DNA of 64,000 bases from Podarcis melisellensis (GCA_964234715.1 OZ174277.1); one strand, 5' to 3'. Counted from the stretch's first letter, positions 26,262 through 41,462 are shown. Numbers and translations are program-made. Notes: a model not told the origin generated them from the letters alone.

Positions 26262-29200
26262 ACACACTGCTTAACCACTTAATTTACACCTAGAAGTCTC
26301 AAACAAAAGTCTTAAGAAGGCAGCTCTGAACTGTAGTTATAGCAACAGATAGAGAAGTAAATTCCCTGAAAGGTGATGCTTAGTTTCTTGAGCAACGGCC
26401 TATCCATTACTGCCTAATTTCTTCCCCAAGGTCCTTCATGCCTCTTTGGCATTTTAGCCAAGGCTTGAACACCCCCTCCTGCGCGTTCAACTAGAGATGG
26501 CAGTTGCAGCATCGAGAAAAATAATCTGTGCTTCTCCCAATGAAAAGAAAGACAGGGAGGGAATGCATCTGCTTCTTTGGCAATGCCACCCTTCATGGGA
26601 ACTTACGATAGGCTGCTCAGGAAGAAAACCTTCCAGTCCTTTCATTTCACACCCCACCTAAAACAAAAGTGGAATGGTAGCCGATGAAGGGGTTACAAAA
26701 CCTTGGAATGAGCAATTAAGATTCCTGCCATCAGGTTGGAAGAACAAGTTGCTCTCTCATAGCCAGAAATCTCCCCAGTGAAGAATAGCAATGCCTAGTA
26801 AAAGAGCAGAGTGCAGTCACACTCCATAGCCGTCAATGCTGAGTTAAGTAAATCCTTGGATACCCTCATGTATTATGAATGGCTGGAATGCAACCCATTG
26901 TTCACAAAAGCAATATCTGGTTACTCAAAGATTCAGCACATACCACACTGGATTTTTTTAAAAAGAAGTTTGTATTCAAAATGAATTTCTGGAATACAGA
27001 GAAGGGTCAAAGGTTTCAGAGCAAAGTTAAAATATAGGCAGCAGGTGTAACATTTGGACATGCTGATGTCAATGGGAAGGCACCCAAGCCCTGCTAAAAA
27101 TTGGCCTGAGATTCTCCTTGAACACGGAAAGATGTCACAACATTGATGCAATGAAGCAAAGCCTCAAGATTCAGCTCTGGCAAAAATTAATGCCATTCAT
27201 TCTTTGCATCATATTACTGGAGTGAAACTGGAAGACCTCACAGATTTAAAGCAAATAAGAACTGAGTCCTTAAAAATACAAGCATAAGGAAACAGCTACA
27301 GACAAGCTTATTAGAAGTGCATTGTTGGAAGGAGTCTGAAAATAATAAATAATAAAACCAAATAAAATCATTCCCATGGCTGATTCTCTGCACTTTAGTC
27401 ATCTCTGGCAGTTGCTAACTCAGTCTCCTGGAGAGAAGATTTTGAAAACTCCTTGGCTAACTTTTCTTCTTTTATGCTAACTAATTGCTAGTGTTTCTTG
27501 ATTTCCAGTTGAAATGGGTTTAGTTCCCTCTTTCCTTTAACAGCTTTAGTACAAAATTTATCATTGTGGCTAATGTCAGAAAACTAAATTTATATTCTGT
27601 CTTTAATTATCTACTTTCTGTGGGACCAATATGCCTCCATAGCCAATGCTAATCTATGAAGGATACATTTTTGTCATACTAAATAATTCAGAAGATGATT
27701 TGAATTGTGTGTCATCAAAACTCTCCAAAATTTTGAAAGATTCCGTTATTCTAGACAGATGCTATATCATATCCACCAAACTCAATATAGCATCATCACA
27801 ATATATTACAGCCATATTTTGCTAGAGGATTATTGATGTGATGATATCTTAGAGAATATGCCAATCAGATAAGTGTTTCTTTATAAAACTAAGGGTGACC
27901 CCATTAAGGCCAGAACTTAAGAGTTCTTGATCAATCCTCCTCTTTAATGTATGCTGTGAATGACATGAACTGAGAATCTTCCTGAAAGCAGTAGCTTCAC
28001 GTCATTTAAGAGTGCTGTCCGTGGTTGGTTGGTGCTGATGCAGTCAGGCAGCAGTGCTGGAGCTTAGTTCCAGGCCTGACAAATTCCCAAAGTGTCCAAA
28101 AATATAAAAAGGGGCTGTTGTTTTTGTGAGTGAAACAAAGAAGCATAACCAAGGTGCAAAAGAGGAACCATTCCATTAAGGCTAGATTGAAGGTAAGTCT
28201 TACACACATAAATGACATATGCTATTTTTTATTGAGTATTCAAGCAGCATTTCAGATTATATAACATGAATCAGTTACTATTATGGATGGGCACTGACTG
28301 GCTATACAGGCTTAATGATGAGTGTGTGGAAAATAAGACAGCAATAATCTTTGGAAGTTTAGCATAACACTTGCATTGTTTTTCCACTTGGTGGCCAATC
28401 AACCTACCCAGCCAGCACATGGGTCTATTTTAAAGACTTTGCTGTGGATATAATTGGTCACCATATTTGGGGCTGGGAAGAAATTTGCCTGCAAACAAAT
28501 TGAATCCATTTGGGATTTTTCTTCCTCATTGCAATCATCACAACTATTGGTGGATAAGACATTGGGTTGAATCCTCTAGTGGCAGTTCTGGGTGGCAGTC
28601 CTGTCCTGAAGCCTACAGGGGAGCAGATAGGCCATACGACTTCCATGTGGCAGCCTGGGAGGCCAGCTTAGCTGATTCACGTCTTGCGATGGCCCTTAAT
28701 CTAGGCACAACCTTGAAAACCTCAGGATGAACACCCAGTGCCTAAGCCTAAGCCTACACACACCTGTAATCAATAAAGTTGTGGCTATTTGCAACCCCAG
28801 AATATTCTTGTGCCTGTTTGTATTGTGTCCGAAACATGGGGAAGCCAGTTCTGGCCAGACTTTACTCACCCAAAAAACTTTGCAGTTGACCCTAGGTCAT
28901 CTTGCAGGTGTAGGGCTGTGCACAAAAGGCACCAACCCTCCCATACTAGGTGTATTGGGGGAGTGGGATAGCATGAATCTTGCCTTCTCCAATTAAGACT
29001 AAGGTAGTTTATGACAGTAAAATATAATAAATCACACAATCATAAATAACAATAGTACAATCTCACCCATAATATCATTGTATTCCAGCCTTAAAACCTC
29101 CAATGACTTGCAGAAAAGGCAATATCTAACACATTCATAGCAAATATGAACATTTATTAAATTGTGGATTGAATACCACAGCTTCAGAGCTAGTGCAGAA

Positions 29201-29880
29201 AATGCTCCACCTCCGCTACACTGCTCTTAATGATGAGTACCTGGGTAGGGTTTCTCCTACCAACGTTGGCAAGTGCGTCTGTAGAGAGAGAGTCAATCTT
29301 CCCATGCAGTTCCCAGCCCATTCAGCAGCAATAGGGAAGCTGTGGCTTTCTAAAATTTCTGGGATTCAATGTCCATTGGTCTCAGTCAGAATGGCCCAAT
29401 GGTCAAGGATGGAAGTTGTAGTCCAACAACATCTGGAGGGCCACGGGTTTCCCATGTCTACCATTAAGGGTTGGGGTCATAAATTTCAATTAGGTCAACT
29501 AGCAGGCTGTGCAACTGTTGCAAGATTGGCTAAATGTGTTTTTATTTTCACATCAAATGAAGAAACTTGTCTGCAGCATTTTGCAACATATGTAGTTACC
29601 CATATAATTTTTTTAAATGACAGAAGTGGAGCTACAAAACTTAAAAATGTGCAACAGCAGATTGTCTAGTATAGCATGAGAAGAGATATTACATTCTTGA
29701 GCAGCAAACAGGAGAACATGTGATGACTTTGTAGCAATCACTTAAATATTGGAAGTTAAGAATTTATGATCCATTATTATCATGACGTTTGAACAGTAAA
29801 CAGATATGTACAATTTTATACATTTTCCTTTTGTATATAATATTAATAATTTTAAAGTAATCAAAAATCAAGAAACCTAC

Positions 29881-30030
29881 CTTTCTTGCAAAATGAGCTT
29901 ATTTTCCTTCTTCCAGAACTCTTTAAAATCAGAACTGAATTCATGCCAAATGCTGAAGAAGGCATTTAGTGATACCTCCTTCTCACTCATTTTTGGTTTC
30001 ATGCAGAAATATGCTGCAGTCTCCAAAAAG
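29881..30030 (-). CDS. FMN2: Formin-2 coding exon ([50 protein letters not shown]), 150 nt, phase 2/2
   Basis: Manual translation. Acceptor caacAG, donor GTaggt. [17 protein letters not shown] marks the end of the FH2 domain. Confidence 0.96.
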
Positions 30031-31923
30031 CTGTTGAAATAAACAAAGAGGGCAACTATTTCATTAGCAACAATGAGAGACAGTCTCTATCATACATGGC
30101 TGATAGTACTGGTAAATAAACTGATACCTATCACAAACATAGTCCTAACTCTTCTATTTTCATATTCTGTACTGAATCTGTTTAGAAAACCCGGGTCTGG
30201 TGTTTCTCATATATGTTTCATTATGTGGTCAAAGCTTCTTTCATTTTTTCAACCCAAAAATCAATTGTTCAAAGTCAAGAAAACCAGACTATCGTAACTG
30301 TTGATGTATCACTTTTTCATTGCATTTCAATCATTTTCCAAAACATGTCGTTGCAGAACTGACTATTGCAGTTCCTGAGCAAATTTAAAGAAATTACTAT
30401 GAAATAAAGATAAATGTCTTAAACTGATGAAGTCCAATGATAGGCAGAAAATATTTGAATTAATAACAGTGACACAGGCATAGCTTTAGAACATTGTAAA
30501 TCTCTTTCGTTGAACTACATACACACAGTGATTTGTCAGTACGGAAGGCAACCTAAATGGTGAATCAAACATATGGAATTTTGGATTGTGGGAATTCCAA
30601 AGCAATCTTGCCCCATGGAAAGGGGAGGTTTGCAGCAACAGCTGGGAACAATCTGGAGGGGAATCCAGAACTTATCCCTTTCTTGGACTGGAAGAGGGTG
30701 GCGGGGTTTGCTTGCAGAATTTTGCATGCTACATATGTATGGTTGTATGCATGGTTGTCATAAGGCAAGAAACTTCATAACCTGTGTATCATCTTTGAGA
30801 AGGTCTTATCCTATGTACCACTAAATGTTGTTATCAGAAATGGCCCTGAAATTTTTCTTTTTCTCTGAATAAGAAATGGCAAATATCAGTTTGCGTGATA
30901 CCAAAAGAAGCTGGCCAGTGAAGAGAAAGCCTGTGACAAGTTGCTGAGCTTCACAAACCCACCAGCAGACACAGCCCAAACTTGCTTGGTAATTGTGTAA
31001 AAGGGAACTGACATTGATGCCCAAACATGCACACAAACGAATGTTTTAAAGCTGCATCTATTATTTCCAGACTTCACAAGTTGTGCACATTATACATGCA
31101 GCAATCACGTTTGCCATATAAAGTCTGGTGCTGTCCTAGGAATGGGATGATAGCATCACAGAACAACACCAAGTTTACCCAAGGATGCACAAGATTAAAA
31201 GCATCACATTCAAAGCAGCCTTTCCAGGCACTATGTCTAAATGTAAGATAACAATAAGCCATAATTCTCTATCTGAAGCCTTTTCAACAATAAGGAAGCC
31301 AGACTAGATTGAAACTCCCACAAATAAATGCTCAATGAGTTTGATAAATAGAAGTAACATTTACTGGAGACGTGAAGGCTTTGGTTAAGAATACTACGGG
31401 ATCAAAGGAGGCAAGACAGGCTTTTACACTGATCACTGTTAATCTTGCTGGGAAAGGACGGAAAGCTGATTCAGTAACACAGAGACATTTAACTCCTAGC
31501 AGAATCCCTTTATCTAAATAGCTACAAGTAATACTCAAGTACTCAGCTAGATCACTTCTACGACAGTGGATATATTTGTAAAATGCAAAAATGTCAGAAA
31601 CTGGCACATAGTCAAAAATAATATACAACTATCACTTATATACAAATATGGAGAATATGAGCTGCAATACAAGTAGGCTTAAAACCAGGACTCCTGAGGA
31701 ATTAAGTTGTTTATCAAGCACAGGAAAGTTGCATTCAAAATAATCATTTGTACTGAGAAAGTTTCCCATATATGGTAGTTGAAAAGATCCCTACAGAACT
31801 CATTTATTTTTTAAAAAGAAAATAGATGGGTGAATACAAGGTTTGGCATGTTATCTCCCATGCCCTTTCGTAACAAGAAGATTCTAAAATACACTGAGGG
31901 CAAAGATCATAGCCTTGTACTTG

Positions 31924-31924
<1 letters not shown>

Positions 31925-31958
<34 letters not shown>

Positions 31959-31960
31959 AG
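31925..31960. repeat. (AG)n/(AGGG)n microsatellite
   Basis: Direct observation. Confidence 0.95.
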
Positions 31961-32330
31961 AATGATGCATTGTTTTCTTTTCATAAGGTTTGTAGCATTT
32001 TAAATTACAACTTTTATAGCTGAAAGAAAGACTACATAGTTACAGCAACAAAACTACAACTCATGTTCTTTGTATTCTGTGTTATCTTATCAGGCTCTCA
32101 CTCTTTCACACACATATATAATACATACAGTAAGTGAAAGAATAACCATAAGGAGTTTGTTACTAATTTTTGATACTTTTCATATGTATATGGAGCTCTG
32201 CATTTTCAGGGATAGAGGATCATTAGTTATTTGGTTTTTATTTATATATTTGTTTGATTGAAGCTTATTGTCAACTGCTTTAGGACCCTTTCTGAGGGGC
32301 CCTTTTCTTGATATAAGTACATAAGTAAGT

Positions 32331-32332
<2 letters not shown>

Positions 32333-32364
<32 letters not shown>

Positions 32365-32387
32365 TGTGTGTGTGTGTGAGAGAGAGA
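32333..32387. repeat. Compound (CT)n(GT)n(GA)n microsatellite
   Basis: Direct observation. Confidence 0.95.
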
Positions 32388-35300
32388 TTTTTAGAGGTGT
32401 TAAATAGAAACTTCTTCCTAATGTCCAGAACTTGAAGTTTTACTGAACATGAAAATAAAAATGGGGATTCTTAAAATAATAATAGATGTGTAAATGAAAC
32501 CGTCTTTCGTTACCCAATTTTTTCTTGTGACATGATCTCTTCAAAGTCCCACTCAAATCAACAAAATTTGAACATTTTAAAAAGGCAAACTTGGGGATGA
32601 AAGAGAAGTAGTGATTTACCAGATACAGGGACCATAAAAATAGGACCCACTGGAGCATAAGCTGTGACTCTGTGCTCAGTGGAAATGCTGCAATTAGAGA
32701 ACAAAACCGACAGTCAAAACTCCACAGTCCTAGTCATGGGTTTCTTAATTACAACGTCACTTTGGTGAGGTCACAATGCTTCAGCACTTCGACTTCCTTA
32801 TCAGCAAATTGGGAACACTTACTAATGAAGAGCGGTTTTTGTCAGGGTAGTGTATTGTTTGTAAAGCTCTTAGAGATGCTTATCTCAAGGGTGCCTGAGC
32901 AAAGAGTGCTGTTGTACCTATGCTTCCACCACTGGTGCAAAAATTGTGGGGGTGGGGGTGGGGGAGGTCGCTGTCAGGGATTAACAGAGGCAGCAAAGGT
33001 CAGCAGCTTTGCTTCAGCTAGCATGACTTTTCAATCCTACTTAAAAAACAAGTCATTGGTTGTTCACACTGCTGTTTTGTTTATGGAGGGCAGAGGCTAA
33101 ATGTCTGCTACATGGATTTCAAAGTAGTTCAGATCCCCCACCAATTAAAGATTTAAATACCCTTAAATAAATAAAGATAGTAACTTATCCTTGATTAGGG
33201 CTTTATATGGCTTCAGTTTTACACAACACAATCCTCATCAGAATAATATGATCGAACGCACCGGTAATTTACTACATACATATATATCCTGTCATTCAAC
33301 AATTCAGGAGGTTAACTCTAGATTTTAATACTAAAATTTAACAATAAAATATGATGAAGAAAATATAACTAAAATAAGGAAATGCAAAACAAAACCCCAT
33401 CACCCCAAGTGAAACAATTTGTAAGAAACCAAGGCCACAGAGTCAGAGTCAGTTTGTTAAGATTGCATGAAAATAGTCCTAAACTATATCCCACAAATAG
33501 CAGGTCATGGAAACGCAATGTGCGGTATCTGATGCTGTCCCTTTCACTGAATGAGGACATCCATCAGTGGAACAGAGGAGGCAATTTTCTGTGATCCACC
33601 TGTCCCTCCCTAAATCTGCTCCAGAAAGTCAGCAGACTGTTCTACTGATGGATTTCTTCTGTCCATGGAGGGGACAGAACTGGATACCACCTAACAGAAT
33701 AAACTTGGTACTGAAAAGGAAAAAAGAGATTGAGTCAAATTAATTTCTCTGAGAAGTGCTTTTCACAACCTGGGTACCTTCACACACAAAAACACCATGT
33801 TCTGTCACCACTGTCAAAATCTTGAAGACTGGAGACACCTGAAGTAGGGCCTTCAGTTACACTTTAGCTTATATTTTTTGTACATCGCCTTGGGCATGTT
33901 TTGTGAAAAGACAATCCAAAATATTGGAAAAACATAATATTAAAAGCAAAATTAGGTCTACACATGCAGCAAAAGAATATTGTGCAGCTCCTCTCACTGG
34001 ATGGTCCATTTCACACTATACATGGGAGAGTGCATCTTCCAGTGCTTTCCAAAAGAAACAAATATTTCTAGCTAGGCTGTCAGAGAGGAAGTTTCTAAGT
34101 ATGTCTGGCCCCTGACATACACATTTTCCATATACAGAAAGATTTCTTAATGTGGGAACATCCAAATAAGGATTTGTTTTCCTTTTTCAGTCTAATGCAG
34201 ACGTCCAGTGAGAGCCACCCTACAAGATTGTGCTGCATGTGTAGATTGTCTACCTCTTAAATCTATATAATACAAGAAGCTTGAAAAATTCTAAAGAAGT
34301 GGCTTTCAATGTCAATACTGACTTAATGATCAAAAGTTTCATATCGTGGCCATTCCTTTATGGATTCAAAATGAAATTCTCAAATACTCTTCTGAATTCC
34401 AAAATTTGCAATTTCCAGCATGTTATCTTGCATGATGTACACCTGAACACAACACTTAGAATATTCAGAGAACTGTTTTGTTTTGTTTTGTTTTGTTTTG
34501 TTGCTGTTCTGGTAACCAGAGACTTATTTTGTTGCTTGAAGTGTTACATATGGAGAGTGGGGCAGAGCCACCTGGTTCCATCTTGCTTTCTAGGAAGTCC
34601 CTTTCCATAGTAATGTAATAGTAATTACTAGAGCACAGTAATTACTACATAGTAATAGTAATTACTAGAGCACAGTGTTGTGCAAAAGAAGCGCCAGTGT
34701 TGTAGCACCAAAACAACAATAGCAAGTGTCATCATGCAACTGTGCATGTTTCAGTACTCCTCTTTGGAAAAGAGCAGTATCCCAAGGGAAATCTTTTTTT
34801 CTTTCACTGAAGTTTCCTAAATTATGTCTCTCTTCTCCACCCCATTCCTTGAACACATTTCAAAATGAGTGTAAAATGGTGCCAACAAGGGAGGCAGGGT
34901 AGAGAATCAGATTAAAATTGAAATTAAATAATTAAATTGACAAATCAATTCCCAAGTTGCTTCTTATGCCAGCTATTACTTAACTCACAGACGACAAGAA
35001 ATGTGGCTTAGAAATGTGTTCTAGGTTAGTATAATATGTCAGTCTATAGCTGATTCAAAGAACTTAGGCTACTGTAAATTCTCAGACAGTAACTGATGCA
35101 ATATCAAAAGCAGTGGAGAAGTATAAATTTCCCGTTGTTTTAACTAGTGAATGAATCAAGTGTGCAGAAATCAAACGGTAGCATTTAGCCACTTACAGGA
35201 AACAACAGCAGAGCGTGTTTACATATCATCTGGCATTCAAAGAAGGAATATACTTGAATGTATTGGAAAGAACTGTGTGTGCAACTCCAATAGTGAGGTG

Positions 35301-38300
35301 CATGTAATCAATAAAAGGCATGACACAGCTACGGAAATTATTGTCATTCACATACATACCACAAACAACATAAAACACAGCACAGATGCAACTAAATGTG
35401 ATTACTGGAAATAACATGGAATAAAAATTATGTGATCTGATCGAGAGTTCAGATCTTTCTTTCTTTCTTTCCCCTAAGACAGGTATGAGGAATCATAACT
35501 TTTCTTGGATTTGAAATGAAAGATCTCATGATAAATGTGCATATCAGTGTCTTCGTTTACCTTTTCTCTCATGACTCCTGTTCTCCTCCAGTCAGATAGG
35601 GGTGAAATCAACAGAGATCAACCTCTTTACAATTTCACTTAAAACTGGAGACTGATTAAAAAGATGATGAACAGAATACACGTGACTGGCTGGAGTTTAA
35701 GACTAGGTAAAACAGAGTATAAATTGTAATGCTTTGTTATGTTTTTATATATGCTGGAAACCTCCCAGTGCGGCTGGGGCAACCAAGTCAGATGGGCAGG
35801 GTATTATTATTTTCAAAATTGCTTTGTTCATGGGATTTCCTTAGTTATTAGATTGTTAATTTAGCATATTGAAAATTTGCAAGGTGACTGAGCTGCCTGC
35901 TGAGTTATTTTGACACTAGTCAGGGCCAGCCCTAGAATTAGGAAGGGAGGTAATTGCCTCAGGAGATATATGCTGGGGAAGGGCAACACTGGCAGCCTTC
36001 AGGGTGTTCACCTGAACCTCCTAGCCATTGCTCTCTGTTCGAGAGCATGCACCCCTAAACTAGCTTGTTGACCTCATGTGCAGTGGGGAATGCTATCCCA
36101 CTGACAGTCAATTTCTGAATGTATATAGGGAGTGCACTTACCCTTGTTTCAGGCAGGGAAAGGAATTGGCCTGGCTACCCACAAATGCAAACTGATTGAA
36201 TTTCAGACTTAAGCTTCTGAAGAATGTGATGAATATGCACACAAAGTTTCAGGTGTACTATTGAACCATGGCCCCAACAACACAAAAAAGTTCCCGGATT
36301 CAATCCCTGTCATCTTCAGCTTGTATTTTTTTTTATTTTAAAAGTCTTTTGGGTAAAAGAACATAAGAAACTGCCTTATACGACCCAACTATGAGTCCAA
36401 CTAGCTCAATATTATCTACATTGGCTGCCAGCAGATCTCCAAGGTTTTAGGCAGTAGTTTTTCCCAGCCTTACCTTGAGATGTCAGAGACTGACCTTGAG
36501 AATCTTTTTATGTATAGCATGTGCTCTGTCACAGAACTATGGCCCTTCCTTATGCTGTAATGCCTGACAGCTCTTTGTGACCCCTTTGAAACAACTTCCC
36601 CCCTACTTTACCATGTCAAGTATTTCACAGGTTCTCAAGTAGTTAGCTGTGAGGGTTGAAACTAGAAAAGTGCCAGGTCTTTTTCTATTGCACTTTATCA
36701 ATATTGTTCAGGGGGTGATGTAATTGTTTGGGGTTTGGTGAAGACATTCCGTATCACTTCAGCTTTAATACCAGTCTGGAGCCTTCCTTGTCTGCCTGCG
36801 TAAGCTAGATAAACACAGACCTGTGTGCTTTCTTCTAATCTCAGGATACTCACTCAGAGATCTTAGAATATGCTCTTATTTGTGAGCTAAACATTTCACT
36901 TTTCTTTTTGCCCATTTGCCAGAAATCCATTTCTTGAATAAACACTTCACACATTGACACTCTTAAAGCTGCTAAATATGATAAATAAATAAAAAAGTAT
37001 ACAACCTTTCAGAAACGGTTAAACATCTCACTTCTGACAAATGAACAGCCAGACACTTTATGGAATCTCTGGGTCAGACATACCATTTTCTTTGTCTTCA
37101 TTATGTGTGAAAGATTAACTTTCCATTTCAGCTCATCTACTAAACAACTGAACTTTTCTAAAATACACTTGGAGCATTGTTCTCAAAACGTAAGTAATTT
37201 TAGGAATTCTGCAAAGCTTTACTATTTCATAACTTATTTTTACTTGGCGTTTTACAATGTCACAGAGAGACAATTTTTTTTTTACCATTTCCCCGCCATA
37301 TCAAATAATGAACCAGTATGTCTGTGCAACTCCATTACATGTAATCATGAGATAGACACTGTGTTGCACATAGTCACTTCAAAAAGAAAAAAAATCCAAC
37401 CACATTAATCACATTAATCACCCTCCATCTAATCCATCACTGCAGCTAGCACATCTATTCATCCAATGCACCCACAATTATTTTACCCATGATTAGCAGA
37501 ATGTAACTAATCTCTTATTTATCTAAGCTTTCCTCTCACCCTCTATCCAAAAAAGTGTGTTTGAAGCATTTTGTGTGGTGAATTCTAAAGAAACTTTCAT
37601 ATACTATTACATGATCTGCAGAAGGAAGAACCAATTTTACTGTTGCAATACAGGCAAATGTTTTATATACATACAGTACATCAAGGCACAGCACAGAGTT
37701 TTCCTCCTGCCTAGTGTCCCCTTGTCTCTAATATTAAACATGAAATATTTGAGAATGCTTATCTGTACAAGGCAGGCTCACAATCCTTAGGTAAGTAGTA
37801 AGCACATGTCATAATGTACACACATTTTGCTCCATAACCCCTGATGGAGTCTTGGCCGTAAATACTTATGTCCTTTAGGCTGCCAAGGCATTCTGTAGCA
37901 GTTTTTAATATCTGGAACAGTCATCAGTGGTATAGTGAAATAAAATGCAAAGAAGAGGTGATCAAATAGGAAACAGCTGAGCAGAGTCCTCGGTACATCT
38001 ATTGTGGTTTTGAGGGTTATGTAACTAATAATTTTATCATGTTTGTCCATCATTTATTGTGTTTATCTATAAGATGCTTTAAGTTACAACTAGGTACCTA
38101 TGCATCCCACCTCTTCATGAGAATCTGATTTATTAAAAATAGTTCTAGTTTTCTGTTACTACAATCTTCCTTTCCCTTCTCAACAGAAATGTAACAATAG
38201 TTAGTGAAGGAAATGAGCCCACCCCCTTATGTTTTTGAACAGTGAATGTCTTCCAACAGACCACAGATAATGCAAAAATGAAGTACACATCAGGTGTTAC

Positions 38301-39109
38301 ACTGGCAATGAACATGAACTGCTTTCTGGAATCTGACAACTATTGCTAGAATCAGTTTAAAGCATTGAACTTAATGTGACATTCTTAATTATCATGCAGA
38401 TTTCTAAATGGAATCCTGTACTAGCATTCTCAATTATTCTTTAAATACAAGCAACTTTTCAAAAGTGTAATTTTTAAACAATCTGGCAGTTCCATGAGTA
38501 ATTTCCATAAGATTTGGAAACGTGAATTTTCAGAAAAAATATTTTCCATTGCTATTAAAGAAACTCTTAAAGCCACAATGTTGAGAAAATTGCAAAAAGG
38601 AGGGAGAAAAAAGAAACCAGATTTTGTGCAAGAAGACTGAAGAGTCTTCAAAGACACAAACCCCATTAATGCTAACATCAATAATGAATTACGCAGTGTA
38701 TCTGCTTTAATGTGCCTAATTAACTTTGCAATGAAGCCACATTTAATTATCCACATTATTAATACTTTTATAGGAACTTCCCGCCCCCCTATTTCCTTTG
38801 TATATAGTGCGTAGCTCAAAAGTACAGAATAAAAGTATTGTGCATCTGTTATTAGTCTGAGGGAGATGACCCACTTTTTTAGGCAAAGCCCTGATTGGAT
38901 TATTGTTTTAATCCTCTTGGAAGTGTTGTGTTAATTTTAGGAAGAGTATGAACCTTCTAGCTTTACTAGCACATTATATGAGAGCATTGTATACCAAGCA
39001 ATGCCCTATAAATTCTATTGGAAGAATCACAATTTGTCCTTTAAGACTTTGTTCCTTTTACTACCTAAAAAATAGAATGTTAGTGGAATATGAAGCTTGG
39101 TCTGCTCAC

Positions 39110-39161
39110 CTTTTATGTGTCTCTTCCAGGGATTTCTCTTCCATTTCATGGTCAATTTTAG
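39110..39161 (-). CDS. FMN2: Formin-2 coding exon (AKIDHEMEEKSLEETHK), 52 nt, phase 1/2
   Basis: Manual translation. Acceptor gttcAG, donor GTgagc. Phases match both neighbours. Confidence 0.94.
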
Positions 39162-41462
39162 CTGAACAACAGATAGAGAACAAGATTATAGATAAAGTGT
39201 AATGCTTTTATTTAAGCATTAATTTTCTTAAGCAGCAAAATCCTCCTTTTACACACTTCTGAAAGGAAAAGCTCTGTGTCACTGTGTGAGCACTAAACTT
39301 GTGCACTTGGCCTTGGTGTGAAAGAAAATACACCAAAATCACTTCCAGAAGCAGTTTTTGATACATGAAAAGTTATAGGTACCAAAAACAGTAGGTGAAC
39401 ACCTTGACTGAAGAATCAGGTTATGCAAATCAGCAAAGTAGATGTGAAGCACATTCACAAGTTACTGACCTAGCAATATATTTACATACTCACTTTGTTT
39501 CTCATTCCACCATCACCCTATATATGATATATGGCAAGTTTGCACCAGTATGCCGCTTCAAAAAGAAAATGCCTGTATAAACCGATAGTGCTAAGACTAA
39601 ATGGCCCATATCAAAATGTCATGTATACATCATTGCCATTATCACTACAGTATTAGTATCTAGTCACCAGAAAACTGAATTGGCACTGCCACAAAAATCC
39701 CTCACAAGTGGAATTTTGGTCAAATATTGGCATTTGAAAATTCCCTAACAATTTTAGCTGTATTGTGAAACAAGGATGCTTAGTATTGTTATCATGCTTT
39801 ATGATAATTAAGGAACATTCTGTTTTCTTGTGGTTGTTTATCCTCCCGAAACTGGATCCTTCCACATCAAATATTTTATAATACCATCCATGATCAGTCC
39901 AAAATCTCTGAGTAATGTGAACTTTACCAAATCTGCATGCAGAAGAACAATTTACTGGGTGACATCCAATGATGGCCATCTACCAGCAGAATGGACTTCC
40001 ACTGGCACAATGTAATTTTTCTTTACTCTTTTGTTCCCTGCAATTCCCAGAACAGACTTGGGAGAGCAAGGGGGTGAAGAAAAAGTGGAAGTCTTAGGCA
40101 GTCCCAATCCTCTAGCAAAACTGTAAAAAAAATCCATGTGTGGAACAAAATGTTGTAAATAAAGATGGATTCATCCAATCCTGATGATCATCCAATCCTC
40201 CAAATTCCAAAGGAAAACTTGGTTGCAGATAGGGCAAACTTTATGCAAATTGTTCCAAGGAATTGAAGCAACACAAAAACTAAGTGTATCACACTCCTTG
40301 ACAGAATGTGTATACCCAGATACAAGCCACAGTTATGAGGCAGTGCAACCATTGTACATGCCTTCTGAACTTCATGTAACTTGAATGTTTACATCACCTG
40401 TTTAACCTCAACCTTTTTAAAACATGGTTTTTCTAGACATGGTTTGGACTATTTAAAAAGCCCTATGACCCAGTTTCTGAATTTCACCATTAGATAGAGC
40501 TCTCGGAAAAATCTTTAAAAGAATTTAACAGCTGACCCTAACTACCTTAAAAATCTGCAGTGGGTGTTGCCAGATAAAAAGAGACCAGACCACCTATCGT
40601 GCTAAGACCTTTTGACCAAAGAAAGAAATAAAGGGTGGTGGACACGCCAGCTTCAGCAACCCACTGAAATGATGGCGAAATCTAAGATCAACCTAGATAT
40701 TTCATTCTAAGCCTGCAACTTTAAATTAAAACGAACTGTGATTGAAGTTAAGTAGATTTCAGTTGGGAAAATCATTGCATAACTCTATCTGAAGCACAGT
40801 TTTAACATTTTATTTTAAGTATTCCTCAAATACAAATGCTAAAGCTTACCACAAAAATGCGGTGCTTGTCTCCAAGAAACTTGCACTGCTAAAAGTCTAG
40901 CGCTGCTTAGTGATTAACTAATGTAGAACGGTGGGTTAGAAAATGTATCTGCACTGTAAACAAAGTCATATGGGAGCATTGCTAGCTCATTTCCAAGATC
41001 ACTCTGTTCTGACCAGATTATTTGAACTGGCGACAAGGTTTTACCACCATGACTATTTAGGTGGTTTATACAATCTTACACATCCAGTTTGTAACCATAA
41101 AAAAGGAGACAGATGTTGCCCAATTTATTTTCAGAAAGTACTAATGGATTACACCATTAAAATGTGATCCAAAGCAGAACAAGCTTATCAACTACATTTC
41201 TGTAGTAGAAAAGGAGTTTCATCACAATGCATTTCATTAGAGGAAGATGGATAATTTTAGATTTTTGCAAAAGTAGGCTTCCTTGTGAAGAGGGTAAGAC
41301 ACAATGAGACTACCAGCTGACGCTTCTCCAGTACCATAAGCAGGATGGAAACATGTATGTGAGGCATGCAGTGCAGGTAAAAATGGGAAGTAGAGAACAT
41401 AGGCAGACTTTTGTTTAAGTATGTGTGTGGATCAATTATTTAAAAGAAAATAGCAAAAGCTA

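Noticed and set aside
29169-29669. 166-aa ORF, the longest non-genic ORF
   Set aside because: Starts at TTG, spans a MITE copy, is antisense within an FMN2 intron and has no recognisable domain.
29806-30042. Plus-strand ORFs over FMN2 exons (also 38948-39202, 54104-54313)
   Set aside because: Antisense shadows of real minus-strand exons.
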